Positions 13,090 through 26,571 of a stretch of 64,000 nt of DNA are shown here, in pieces. The position numbers were made by a program, and so were the translations under genes. The stretch comes from Eledone cirrhosa (taxonomy: Eukaryota), in the NCBI GenBank assembly GCA_964016885.1, contig OZ024743.1, forward strand, positions 290,904,001-290,968,000, given 5' to 3'. Each line of letters opens with the position of its first letter. The first letter of the stretch is position 1. The notes below the pieces were generated by a model. The model ran no database searches. It was given only the letters and a program-made list of their open reading frames with translations, and was not told where the DNA came from.

Positions 13090-13279
13090 AATTGTTTCTA
13101 CTTTAGGCACAAGGCCAGCAATTACCCAGTGCATTACTGGTACTTTATTTTATCGACCCCGTAAGGATGAACGGCAAAGTCAACCTCGGCGGGATTTGAA
13201 CTCAGATCGTAAAGGGACGTAACTATGCTGAAAGCATGGCGTCCGACCCTCTACCGATACTGCCAATCCACCGCCCCTC
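13090..13279 (-). mobile_element. tRNA-derived SINE, full length
   Basis: On the minus strand: A box TGGCAGTATCGG, B box GAGTTCAAATCC, central TTGCCGTTCATCCTTACGGGGTCGATAAAATAAAGTACCAG. Confidence 0.9.
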
Positions 13280-16200
13280 AAATAATGTTCGCCTAAAATG
13301 AAATAGACATTACTTTGTTTAAGAGAAAAATCGGTCATGGAATATTTAGAGGAAACATATTTCTTTTATTCCGTCCAGATAATATTAATATATATTGATA
13401 TATGTGGCATTCCAGTGAAATAGAGATACAGTATTAGAGATATTAATGTTAAATTAAATAAGATACAGAAATATAATTGCAAAACATAGATTGTTACAAA
13501 AATTTAATCTAGAGAGCTAATAATGATGCAGGTTAAATGATTCGAAAGATTTGATAGTGGTATATTTACACTTAACGCAAACTCTAACAAACAGCAGGAC
13601 AGAAACACACACCCACAATCAAGTATCTACGCAATACAAATCTTACTAGAGATCCTCAATATATATTTTGAAAGTTCCACTTGTAAGTACAGGCTTGAGA
13701 ATTTTTTAAACGATAGACCATCGTTTGCGACCATCGTTCACCAATGCGTCTAAATGTTCCCTCGCCAAACCAATGAAGTCAACTGGAAAGGCAAAAATAG
13801 AAAGCTATACCACACTACATCATTTTGACATTTAGCAGGCTACCACTCCACTTCTTTGGAAAAGTAATTTATTTATTAATCCCGAAAATGAGGAGGACAG
13901 AAAACAGATGTTGCGTTAGAACACAAAACATATAGCCGGAACAATCATCTTAAGGATTTTCCTACCGGTTCTCTATAAATCCTGCTACTGAAGAAATGCT
14001 ATAATAATCTAGTGTGTAATATATTAAGTAAACCTCAGATGTAAGATTCTAAACCTTTTTGAGCCTGTTGTTACATCAGCGGCAAAATAAAGAATACATA
14101 ATTGTTACCAGACATGTAGATAACTGCTATCTAAACTATAATAAAGGAAGGTCTGCGGGATTGCGTACGTTTTTTTTACCTCGTTAGTAAAATAAGTTGG
14201 ATTACTTTGAATAAATAATGAATGAATATTACATAATTTATCTACTCAATTTCGTAAACAAAAATAATTTCGTAAAAATAAATAATTTAAAATTGACTTC
14301 TTTTCAAAGTTGCACTCCCGGCATATCATCGCCACCACCACCACACTAACTTTATATAGAAAGAGAGAGTGTGTGATGTCAACACGTCCGGTGCCGATCA
14401 CTTAAATAAACAAACTAATTTTCTCCTAATGCAGTTTATATATAATATCGTCTTTTTTTAATGTATCATGGATTACGTTACTGATTACATAAGAGAGTGT
14501 AACGCAATATTCGTTCAATTTCTGTGTATATTGTCAATTACGAATTTATTTGATGTATCATATCTTCATGTATATATGCCTGCGTATAATATCAATATAC
14601 ACACTACATATGCTAGCAGAAAACCACCCCAAGGGTGGTTTTTCTGCTAGTATTATTAAAGATTCATTTATGTATTTAGTTTTATATCTATTAAGAAATA
14701 TATGTATCCTATTTTTAATGTCTTGAACATTTTTCACGAAGACATTTGCAAACTGCGTAAGTGGAACCCAACAGCATGTACTAGTTACAAATGACAATAT
14801 TGACTAAGCAAGTTAAGCTGTCGAAGAAATTGCCAATTTAACTACGTTACTACTTTGATCAGAAAGTAAATACGATGGCTTGCTGAAAATTCTTAGGCCG
14901 CTGAATGTGACATCACTGCTATGGGCCCATGAGGTTGATTTGATATGAGAAAAAACCAGCGTCCTTTCCAGGGTCTCAGTAAATGATATTGTTTCTGATA
15001 CATCCATCTCTTTCTAAGTAAATGATATGTGCAGGGTTTGCGGCAGCTTCAGTAAGGGGAAGTATCCCACATCTGACCAAGTAAATATATATTTTTGAAT
15101 ATTTTTATATATACTATATTTATAGCTTTATGCAGAATATATTTATATATACAGAGATAACATAATATTTAACTCGACAGATGACTTAGCTGTGCTTATA
15201 CAGAAGGGAAGCCTGCCGCTTGTGATAATATGAATCAGGTATAACGAATGTTATATAATTTCCCGAATGATTTACTGTTCTGTTGTATTATGTTGGAAGG
15301 GTATAACAAGTGACAGCTTTACGTGCTCCGGAAATCGCATATAAAGATAACGCATTTAATGAACTAACAGTCCAACGAGTTACTATATTGCTGCAATGAC
15401 GTATCTAAATCCTTTAGCATTTATATTATCGCAAAGTTTTACACTTCAGTATTCTTTTTCTAAAACCTGCTGTGGATCGATTTTATCATTTATCTCCTCG
15501 AGGGGAATTATCTGAATACCAATATCATTGAAGAATTTGCTTTCATCAGCAATTTCATTGCTTCTGTAAAAAATAAATGGACATGCTGACTAACTAAAAG
15601 CAAATATTTGGTGGGTACGTTTAGGAAAATTTACCAATATGAGAGCCAAGAAACAAGCTGGGATGGACAAGAGAACGGCTTTGTGCTTACGCGTTTTGTG
15701 TATTGATCTCTCTCTAAAAAAAGTCTGTTTTCCTTTCAACAGTTTGATGAAGTTGTTTTCTTTTTTTTTTGTAAATGAAGCGATCCAAGCTTTCGATTTG
15801 TAATAGGAGTCAAGTGATTGATGAGTGGTCAGAAATTGTGATATTAAAGTGATCATTAATCTGATATGCAAAAGATAGAATATTGACCACAAGGAACGAA
15901 CCACAAAATAACCTTTCATTTTTCTAAATATATTTCATGAAAGCTTTACTCTTATATTCTATATGTTCTTCATTGTTCCTATATACTAAGTCAGCAGCTG
16001 ATAGAAATGATAATTTCCTTAGAAATGTTTCCAGTAGGGGAATGATAAAAGAAATCATATGCATCGATTTCTAGATATGTAATATAGCTTAAATTCTGAA
16101 TTTTGTTTGGTGATTTCTTTCCGAATCGAAAGTGACTAAATACACACACACCCGCACGTATATACACAACACACACATACACACACATACATACGCCCAA

Positions 16201-16611
16201 ATACACACATAAACACACACACACACACACATACACACACACATACACACATTTACACACACACACACATACACACACATATATATATATAATCTGTAAA
16301 TAATATTTCCATCTATCTAGTGAATACAGCAAAGGTTGTGTGTTGCATTTAGAAATAAAATATTTGGTAGGAAATTGCGTTAACGTAACAGTTGACTGGA
16401 TGTTAAGATAACAAGGATAACCTACTAGAAACACCGTTGTGACTTTGTGATGCATTTATCATCCTTATTAGGGGCGCCATATTATTTACTTTCTTATCAT
16501 CAACGCCTAAAACAGCTCATGTCCGTCATCTTTATTCATCAACACCATACTCATTACACATGCATTCATTTTTTTCTTAAATATTAACACCAGTGTGATA
16601 AGGTATCATTC

Positions 16612-16716
16612 CCACCGAGGTTAACTTTGCCTTTCATACTTACGGGGTCGATAAAATAAAGTACCAGTAATACACTGGGTTAATTGCTGGCCTTCTACCA
16701 GAAGTAGAAACAATTA
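16612..16716 (+). mobile_element. SINE 3' half
   Basis: Matches 21698-21800. Confidence 0.85.
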
Positions 16717-16810
16717 TTAATATTCGAAAAGCTCAGATTTATACACACACCACACACACACGCACACACACACACATGCACACACACGCACACGCACACA
16801 CGCCACACAC

Positions 16811-16841
<31 letters not shown>

Positions 16842-17495
16842 GTTCGGATCTAGCTGTCGAAACGGTCGGAGCTCGGCCGCCGGGGTCCTGACTCTCTTAC
16901 TATATATATATATATATATATATATTTGTGCATGTGTGTGAATTTCGTAATCAATTTGGAACGCTTTCTAGATATGGGTATTTTCAAAATTGACCTCTAG
17001 CACCGTCTAACGTTCAGTAGATGTAGCGGGGTACAACTACCAACGTGTTACCGGGTCTCTCCATCGGCAGGGGAGTGCTTCCCCTGCGCTTTGCTGGAAT
17101 TTGAATAGATATACGAAATTCACATATTTATTTGTACACAGCTATGTTGGAGCGAAACGCTTAATTCTACATTGAAACAGAGCCGACATGTGCAGCTCCG
17201 TATGCAAATGAGGTTAATCAGTCAATCTACATCCTCGAAAAACTATATATTTAAGGCTTTTTCAAATTCCGAGACAGAGCAGTGGAAGCACTGTCCTGGT
17301 GACAGCCAGAGGGAGAAAAACTTGGCAGTTGTCCCCCACTATTTTTCTTGAAATCCGTTAGACAGTGCTAGCCGTCAGCTTCTTTATATTCCTTGTTTCC
17401 AAATGTTTATTGGTAAACATACCATATATCATTAGATATACGAAATTCGCATAGGCCGGAGTGACAAATGTAATTATATATATATATATATATAT

Positions 17496-17946
17496 ATTGT
17501 TTTACTTTGGGAGGGTCATGTTGCCAATAAGAAACACACGCACCAGTTGTTTCACTTCAATTTATTATAATAAATTTATAATAAATTTATAAGTTTCTGG
17601 TTGGTTGGTTGGTTCCACAACCAGATAGTTGTTTATATATTGTCATAGTTCTTTCGTCACACACTCTGTGACCTCTTCAGTGACTGGGGATTCCTTTCTT
17701 TGTTTCTGTGTCTCTCCTTTGTTCTGTCCTACGCCATTTTTTGAAAGAACTATGACAATATATAAACAACTATCTGGTTGTGGAACCAACCAACCAACCA
17801 GAAATTTATAAATTTATTATAAATTTATTATAATAAATTGAAGTGAAAGCAACTGGTGCGTGTGTTTCTTATTGGCAACATGACCCTCCCAAAGTATAAC
17901 AATATCGGTTTCAGATAAAGAATCTTGCTAAACAAATTCAGAAACG

Positions 17947-17950
<4 letters not shown>
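17496..17950. mobile_element. Fold-back PLE pseudo-LTR insertion with 3' ends facing outward into (TA)n
   Basis: Arms ~17496-17656 and ~17743-17904 are near-perfect inverted repeats. It shares the terminal motif ATGACCCTCCC(A/C)AAGTATAACAATA with the PLE end at 2322-2347. Confidence 0.8.
17642..17684 (-). ncRNA. Minimal hammerhead ribozyme (CUA site)
   Basis: Minus strand reads GTCA-CTGAAGA-gGTCACAgagtgTGTGAC-GAAA-gaac-TA-TGAC. Confidence 0.7.
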
Positions 17951-18026
<76 letters not shown>

Positions 18027-18156
18027 GAAATAAAATAACAGGAGGCTGGACTGGTGTAAATCATTGAAAGGTTTAATACACTATGATCATTTCACAATAT
18101 TACACCAGGATTGACCATACGGAATGACCAGTTCTATCCAGTGGTGAACCCACAAA

Positions 18157-18201
<45 letters not shown>

Positions 18202-18309
18202 CAAATAGTTTTGTCGCTCTACATTCGAATAATCCATATAATTAGCATGACCGCGTGATACTTGTCCTTGTGTTAGCATATAAACGGAACCGCACACACT
18301 AAGTGATTT

Positions 18310-18875
18310 AACCATCGCAAAGCCAGCCATCAAGCGCTCGTATACATGAAACTGGCGAGTTGACTGTGGGTTTGCTAATATGCAGATCTGACTAATCAGC
18401 CACGCTGGTAATATGCAAATCAGGCGGAACAGTCACTGAATATTCCAGAAAGTATCATATATTTTCACTAGCTCTGACAGTTGGCAGGTAAACAGTATAC
18501 GGTAAAGCTGAAGAGTAATCACCCAGAAACATTAGTGTCCTCCCTTCTGTACATATGTCAGCACAAGAGCAAGACATGCGGTGTCATTCTACTTATAAGG
18601 GCTTAAAGAGGCTGTTTTCTTAATTGCAAACGAATCGAATATCATGATTAACATTCAAAGGCGGTGGATTGGAAATATCGGTAGAGGGTCGGATGCCATG
18701 CTTTCCAGCATAGTTACGTCTCTTAACGATCTGAGTTCAAATCTCGCTGAGGTTGACTTCGCCTTTCAGCCTTACGGGGTCGATAAAATAAAGTACCAGT
18801 AATGCACTGGATAAAAAACTGGCCTTGTGCCAAAAAGTAGAAACAATTATTAATATTCGAAAAGCTCAGATTTAT
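18310..18875 (+). repeat. Unclassified interspersed repeat with octamer-like ATGCAAAT motifs, interrupted by a SINE
   Basis: 18406-18656 plus 18847-18872 align with the reverse complement of ~41782-42050. Weaker similarity to ~50320-50515. Confidence 0.65.
18660..18848 (+). mobile_element. tRNA-derived SINE, full length
   Basis: A and B boxes plus body match 21609-21800. Confidence 0.9.
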
Positions 18876-21608
18876 ACACACACCACACACACACACACGC
18901 ACATACACACACACGCACACACACGCATACGCACACACACACACACACACATATATGTATATATATTTATCTATATGTATATATTTATATATATATATAT
19001 ATATATGAATATATATATAGTGTATTTTTCAATACACTGTATGCTTAATTAAAAGCATTTTGAAGACCATACGCTATTGTTTTAGAGTAGTGACAGTCTC
19101 ACTTACTTTTAATTTTCAGCATAACAGGGGAGATAAAGCTGACAGAGCTGTGTTTCGTACTAATTGGTACTTATCAAAGCCAAGTACTCCACCTGTTTGC
19201 TGAAAATCATGAATGTTTGATTCTTATAGAATATCTAGTAATAATCAGGAACTGATTATACAGAGCGGTTGCCGGTCAAACAGGAAGTGAGCGCCAATTC
19301 TAATATATATATATGTTTATGTGTGTGCCTGCGTGTGTAAGGGATTGCGCCTACAAAACAGAATCTTGCATTAGGCTTGATTTCATTCTGCCAGAAATCC
19401 TTTGATAAGAAAATGTGTAATATAATCGTTATTTGCGAGAAACTATTTGTTGGTTATTTACAAGGAGTAGCCATCTCAGTAATGATGGGTGATCGTCAGT
19501 ACTGGTAATGTTAGTGGCCTCTTCCAATAAATGTAAGTGGTTTCGAAACAATTATACCGTATTCACATCCCCCAACTCGACTATTTTATATGGAAATAAC
19601 TCCGCAATAACTTGACGCCATCATGGAAGGAAATGCAACACGAGAATCTATATCTCAGGAAGACATATGACTATCTCTATGTACAACAAATATACAAGAA
19701 TTTCTCTATGGATATTTGTGACCGTGTCGTTGAGAAAGTTAGACAGGTTTGCGCATGTGTGCGTAGGTGCGGTTAATATCTGTTATGATGTACACTGTAA
19801 TCTATCATATGAGTTATAGTATACAGAATGTCTGATATTTGAGGTGAATGTCTGATATTTGAGGTGAAGAACTTAAAATAACGGATATTTAAATAACGGA
19901 TATTTAAAAAACGGACTTAAGTTTATCATGTTCGATGTCTTCACTGAATTATTCTTATCTAATTCGTCTGAAACTATATTCATCAAATTTGAATGAATAG
20001 TAGTTACGCTAATTATGCATATCACATATATTTAACTAATTACTACGAATGTATGGTAATCGATTCAAAGACATAATTTACCTCGTGACTTGTGTTTCTT
20101 ATTCATCTGACGCTATTAGGTGTTCAACGCAGAATGTTAACTGAAAAGGCAGATCCCTACAGAATTTTCGTTTCCGGAAGTTTTTTCTTCTGTCAACGTA
20201 TCTCTTTTGCCAATTAGGCAATGATTTATTGCCAAAGGTTTCCACCTTCCAATGCATAATACAAGTAAGACAATAACGACAAATTGAACACCGTTCTTGA
20301 ATAAAAATATAAAATATAATACAATATAGTTACTAAATTTTAGTTTACGCATGTCTATGTATATCGTTTTTCCTTCAACGATAATCCATTATTTATCTCA
20401 ATGGAATTTCTCGGAATATCTATAGCGCTACATTGAATACCTAATTAATTATTTTGAACTGAGAATATTTTTTCTTTTTCGTGAAGGATTTATCAATCTT
20501 CAAGTGAGAGAGGTTTTATAATTAATGGGAATAACATTATTTAAGAATTCCTGTTCCCTAATGAAATGCAGTTGAAAAGACTTGTCTCGTCTAATGTTAA
20601 TGTACATTTACAATATGAAAAATGCATGAATTGATGTCATCCTATATGAGATGGATGCTTTAAATGGATTTTTGAAATTTAATCACGATTTTCTCTTACA
20701 ACAAGCCCAATAAAACTTTGAATATATAGCTTTCCTATATTTGCATAAACCAAAGTGTTAGGTTTTATGGGAAAATATGTATGATAAGGTTTTAAATAAT
20801 GTTATGCATGACACAAATATACGTAACAGTCGCTGGCCTCTTAGAAGAATTTAACGAAAATTAAAAGTTATATTGTCTTCCTCAATATCATCGGATCTGT
20901 TTTGATCCACAATAATGAGTTATACTTAGATAACCGGTCTTATCATGCCATCAATCAAAAACAAATTGTTATTCTAAAACTGGAAGAATCAAATACACCT
21001 GATGTATCAATAGCTCTTAGATTAGAGAATAAGTGAATAATAGATGCTATCTGTGGGTAATCGAAGGTAAGATCACAGAACACTCTCCTATAAATCAATG
21101 AATGTTACTATTTGCCAAAACCTCATTAAGTTCATATTTATTTTATATACTTAAATTTATGTATTATTTTTCTCCTAACTACAACTGCAACTCAACTAAC
21201 CACCATGCTTCCTCTGCTAGTTTTATTAAATTACTCCCGCTCAATTAAGTGATATTTATATAAACCTCGTTAATATGTTCTAGTATGAAATAATTTGGCC
21301 AGTTATAGTGACAAACACAAGCGTCCCCACCCATCCCCATTCACAGGTGCAAGGTAACATATAGATGTTACTTTTTTCCGAAGGAAATATATAGGACAGT
21401 GATTGTTCATCGCCAGTTACCTAGTTCTGGCGACTAGACCTAAGCAGAGTTTAGCAATAGAGGCATAGGTGTTGAATTAAATGTTTTTCTTTAATCTCAA
21501 ATACTAAAATTCTGATAGCGGACAAACTGACATTTTCAGAGATGTGGGGAATGACAAGTTCTTTAATGCAGAAAATAAATTAACGTTCAGTTAATAGACA
21601 TATATTCT

Positions 21609-21800
21609 GAGGGCGGTGGATTGGCAGTATCGGTAGAGGGTCGGATGCCATGCTTTGACGCATAGAGTTACGGCCCTTACCATTCTGAGTTCAAATCCCG
21701 CCGAGGTTAACTTTGCCTTTCATCCTTACAGGGTCGATAAAATAAAGTACCAGTAATGCACTGGGTAATTGCTGGCCTTGTGCCAAAAGTAGAAACAATT
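21609..21800 (+). mobile_element. tRNA-derived SINE, full length (central domain resembles the Meta/MESC SINE core; octopus-type)
   Basis: A box TGGCAGTATCGG, B box GAGTTCAAATCC, core CCGAGGTTAACTTTGCCTTTCATCCTTACAGGGTCGATAAAATAAAGTACCAG. About 11 copies in the window. The family name is from recall, not a search. Confidence 0.9.
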
Positions 21801-22262
21801 AAATTAGGAATACCTTACAACTTGAAAACAAATATTCAGCTTGATGGTAACATACTTAATAAAATGATGTTAATTAAAATATAATCATATTAAACAGGAA
21901 AAATGAATACCTACAAGATTAATTATGGTTAGGCAATTTTGTTGTTGTTTCAGTAATAAAGTCAAAGCATTATATATAAATCCAAAGATTCCTTCGTCAG
22001 TTCATTCGCATATATAGTTTCAAATACTTAGGATTAATGAGATGCATACATTCCACACGTAATTGTTAAACTAATATTCTTTCACAATGTTTCTGGTGTA
22101 GTCAGGTAGTTAAAATATGCTGCTCACCATAATGAATATGTTAGTAAATTAATATACATTTACATTTCTGTCATTAACAGAGTATTGTATGAAATGAATA
22201 GTTTAATTGATATTTCAAATGATGTAAAGGTTGTGGTACGTCAGTGTCTTCTTTTTCAGTTT

Positions 22263-22366
22263 ACGTTGCTGAATAAACAACAAATACATAACGTTGCTGA
22301 ATAAACAAGAAATATATAACGTTGCTGAATAAACAACAAATATATAACGTTGCTGAATAAACAACA
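22263..22366. repeat. 28-bp minisatellite, ~3.7 copies (ACGTTGCTGAATAAACAACAAATATATA)
   Basis: Units start at 22263, 22291, 22319 and 22347. Confidence 0.9.
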
Positions 22367-23246
22367 CATTTATATTGAGGTTAAATATGTTTCAATCTCA
22401 CTTGGATTGTGTAACGTTCATATTACGTTTAACAGAAATTGCAATTTAATTGCAATTGACTTATTTTCTATACAAAATATTTACTTATGAATATTTATTT
22501 ATGACTGACCGAAGCCTCTAGGACAAGGAGATGTAATATACTAAATTCAATACAATATAGTTGTTCACATCGATGTTCTATTAATATGGTTAAGATGAAT
22601 AGCACAGGTGAATAGAGAAAGAATTGTGATCTAAACTCTGGTAGCCGACGAAGCTTAATTCGGGGATGTAATCGATTGAAATATCTGAAATATTTGTAGA
22701 ACGTAGATATTTCAGGAAAAAGCATGGTATAGGAATCAGATGATTGTGACCAGTAGATGACTTCGCCCTTTAGGTGAAGTTAATTCTAGTTTGACCATTG
22801 AACATTAGTTTAGAAAGGGTAGTATTAACAACAAAAAAAAAACAAAGATATATGTGTATAAATACTATTAAATAAGTAAAACATTTTACAGGGAGATTAT
22901 ATAGTAGTTAATATAAATTCTAAATTCATTAATATTAACGGGTATGCCAATCGTTCATGTTATTTCAAATGGGAATATTATATCGCATAATAAACTAACA
23001 GAATTAATTATAGCGATAATCCATCTTTTGAAAAAAGTTATATATATATATAAACAGAGAGAGAAGGAGAGAGACAGAGAGAGAGAGTGAGAGAAATGTG
23101 AAAAATCCCGTCGCGGCGCCAAGGGGTTTCGGCTTGTGTGTTCAGCGATGATATCTGAACAATCTACATTTCCCCATGTATCGAGTAGTTACATAATTAG
23201 TGGTCTCCACTGTCTAAGCTTCGCATACTCTCTCACTCTCCTCTCT

Positions 23247-23370
<124 letters not shown>

Positions 23371-23795
23371 TATATGAATATACATTAAGAATGATGCTGA
23401 TGTTATATCAATTTGTTATTCATAATGATTATTTCAACGTCTCTCTTATGCATTCCAAGATGTAATTTATGAATTAGTTGTTATTATGAGAACGGTATCT
23501 TCAAAGGAAAATCCTCAGGCTAATTTAGACTTCGTTCAGCTCATGCGCCCGTCTGATATACACATTTCTAAAGGGTCTTTCCAAGCCGTTGTTTTCAAAT
23601 TTGTAAACCAGTGAATCTGGTGCCATGTACCCACCAGGGTCGCAAAGGACCAAAAGGATAGCCCTTCAACTGTGTGGTGAGGAGCTACACCAGACAATAA
23701 CCTATGCGTAGTTAGATTTCATCAGGTAGTGAAAGTAATAAAAGTAATTCTGAGGGTGGACGATATAATCAGTGTGATGACAGCTAAGTTGAAGA

Positions 23796-23826
<31 letters not shown>

Positions 23827-23971
23827 CACAACAACAACTCCAACCACATCACCTAGATTGACCGCTATAGTTGTAATGATGACAATACGCTATCAATGAG
23901 AACAGCTACATCAGTCCTAGATAGCCAATGCAAAAGCCAGACAGCGGTGACAACAATAGCAACAACACTAG

Positions 23972-24012
<41 letters not shown>

Positions 24013-24034
24013 TATATATATATACATATATATT

Positions 24035-24428
<394 letters not shown>

Positions 24429-24471
24429 TATCTATATGTATATATATATATATATATATGTATATGTATAA

Positions 24472-24618
<147 letters not shown>

Positions 24619-24712
24619 GATATATAAATATATATATATACATATACATATATATATATATATATATATGTATATGTATATATATTTATATATATATATG
24701 TATAGGTATATA

Positions 24713-24783
<71 letters not shown>

Positions 24784-24914
24784 ATTATTAGGGTAAATAT
24801 TGATGCAATTCAATTCAACCACTCAACGTAATTTTTCCACATAGGAGTGACGGAGTAAATATCGAATAAGGAAAAGCGAAGTAGTTACAGATGTTCAAAT
24901 CCTTTAATAATAAT

Positions 24915-24988
24915 TCTGTGATATATATTTCAGTGACGACACTGGCCACACTGTTCTGTGTGCGAGTGTCGTGTCATCATCAGACAGC
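24915..24988 (-). ncRNA. Hammerhead ribozyme (left-arm copy)
   Basis: Inverted copy of 25426-25499. Confidence 0.8.
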
Positions 24989-25425
24989 TTGTTACATAAT
25001 AAGGTTATGTTTCCGAGGCAATCCAAATTGGATCGACAAGGGAACGGATGAATTGCGTGTTTTGGGGATTTTCATCCGCTCCCTTGTGAGTACCAATTCA
25101 CCCCCACCGGCCTGCGCAAGCGCATGTCCGAAGTAAGTTGACCATTTACCACCGCAGACTTCAACGAAATTTGCTTAGTCAGTCCACCCCGTCATACAAA
25201 ACAATGGCCCACCAATGCCTGTACTATATTTTACTGCTACCCTTCACGGCTGTGGCAGTCAGCCGAGAGCCAGAGGGGATGGGAGAGTGTTAGTTTTTAC
25301 AGATCATAATACTACCCCTCACTAAGCGTTGGGAGCGGATGAAAAACCCCAAAACACGCAATCCATCCGTTCCCTTGTCGATCCAATTTGGATTGCCTCG
25401 GAAACATAACCTTATTATGTAACAA

Positions 25426-25499
25426 GCTGTCTGATGATGACACGACATTCGCACACAGAACAGTGTGGACTGTGTCGTCACTGAAATATATATCACAGC
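25426..25499 (+). ncRNA. Type I hammerhead ribozyme, predicted AUC cleavage after 25494
   Basis: GCTGT-CTGATGA-stem II (TGAC..GACA/TGTCGTCA, CACAC/GTGTG)-GAAA-TATATA-TC-ACAGC, with a palindromic loop III. Confidence 0.85.
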
Positions 25500-25577
25500 A
25501 TTATTATTAAATGATTTGAACATCTGAAACTACTTCGCTTTTCCTTATTCTATATATATATATATATATATACAGTG

Positions 25578-26474
25578 GCTTCCTTGTTCAATCATCTTAC
25601 CAGAAGCCTGACATTATTTACGTAGGCGGACGGTACTTGATTTAGGAGCCGCAGAAACCTATATACTGGATTTTACCAACCTTCCAGGGGTCCGGTTAAA
25701 TTTTCAATACCCGAATTACTTGATCGTTTTTTTTGCTATACGAATGATTGTTTAACCATCAGCTCAGTGTGTTTGACCTTTAACGTTTGTTATAGCTCTT
25801 GTTCATCTGAAACATTGAGCACTTGCCGCACATCTCGGATGTTGTTTTTCGTTATTTCGTGGGCCGAAATGCGAATCTCGATAATTTATGTTTGCATTAT
25901 TCTCCAGACTCTAGCTATTGACCAGTTAATTTTCTTGACTTTTAGTTGATTCTATTGACTGATGAATAGCTTATGTTAATTTTAACCCCTCTGTAGAGAA
26001 CTCTATTCGATTTGTGATGTTTTGGCATTCTTGCAAAAGTATACACAACTGAATTCATTCGCCTGATATAGAGGTTGCCTCCCTTGCCGATCCCCACGTG
26101 GGGTCAGCAATAGTCAGTCCTTGTATTAACATTGAACTAAAACCTGTTGATAAAGTTTGCTTCCTTGTTCAATCATCTTACCAGAAGCCTGACATTATTT
26201 ATGTAGGCGGACGGTACTTAATTTAGGAGCCGCAGAAAGCCATATACAGGATTTTACCAACCTTCTAGGGGTCCGGGTAAATTTTCAATACCCGAAATAC
26301 TTGATCATTTTTTTTGTTATACGAATGATTGTTTAACCATCGTCTCACTGTGTTTGGCCTTTAACGTTTGTCATAGCTCTGGTTCATCTGAATCATTGAG
26401 CACTTGCCGCACATCTCGGAGGTTGTTTTTCGTTATTTCGTGGGCCGAAATGCGAATCTCGATAATTTATGTTT

Positions 26475-26475
<1 letters not shown>
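25578..26475 (+). repeat. Terminally redundant non-coding element: 317-bp direct repeats, 581-bp period
   Basis: 25578-25894 is repeated at 26159-26475. Flanked by (TA)n. A diverged homologue lies at 42743-43408. Confidence 0.8.

Positions 26476-26571
<96 letters not shown>

Larger units (their letters stand above)
24783..25550. mobile_element. Fold-back element with 220-bp inverted arms, each carrying a hammerhead ribozyme (PLE-derived)
   Basis: Arms 24864-25083 and 25331-25550 with a 247-bp spacer. (TA)n on both sides. Confidence 0.85.

Noticed and set aside
14700-15920. Possible decayed hAT transposase or host exon
   Set aside because: Only vague motif resemblance (e.g. VTRW) with many stops. 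It cannot be supported without a search.
21609-21700. SINE head as a tRNA gene
   Set aside because: A and B boxes are present, but the spacing is extended, there is no proper cloverleaf, and it is always fused to the SINE body.
22263-22366. 28-bp repeats as a CRISPR array
   Set aside because: Head-to-tail units with no unique spacers in a eukaryotic context: a minisatellite.
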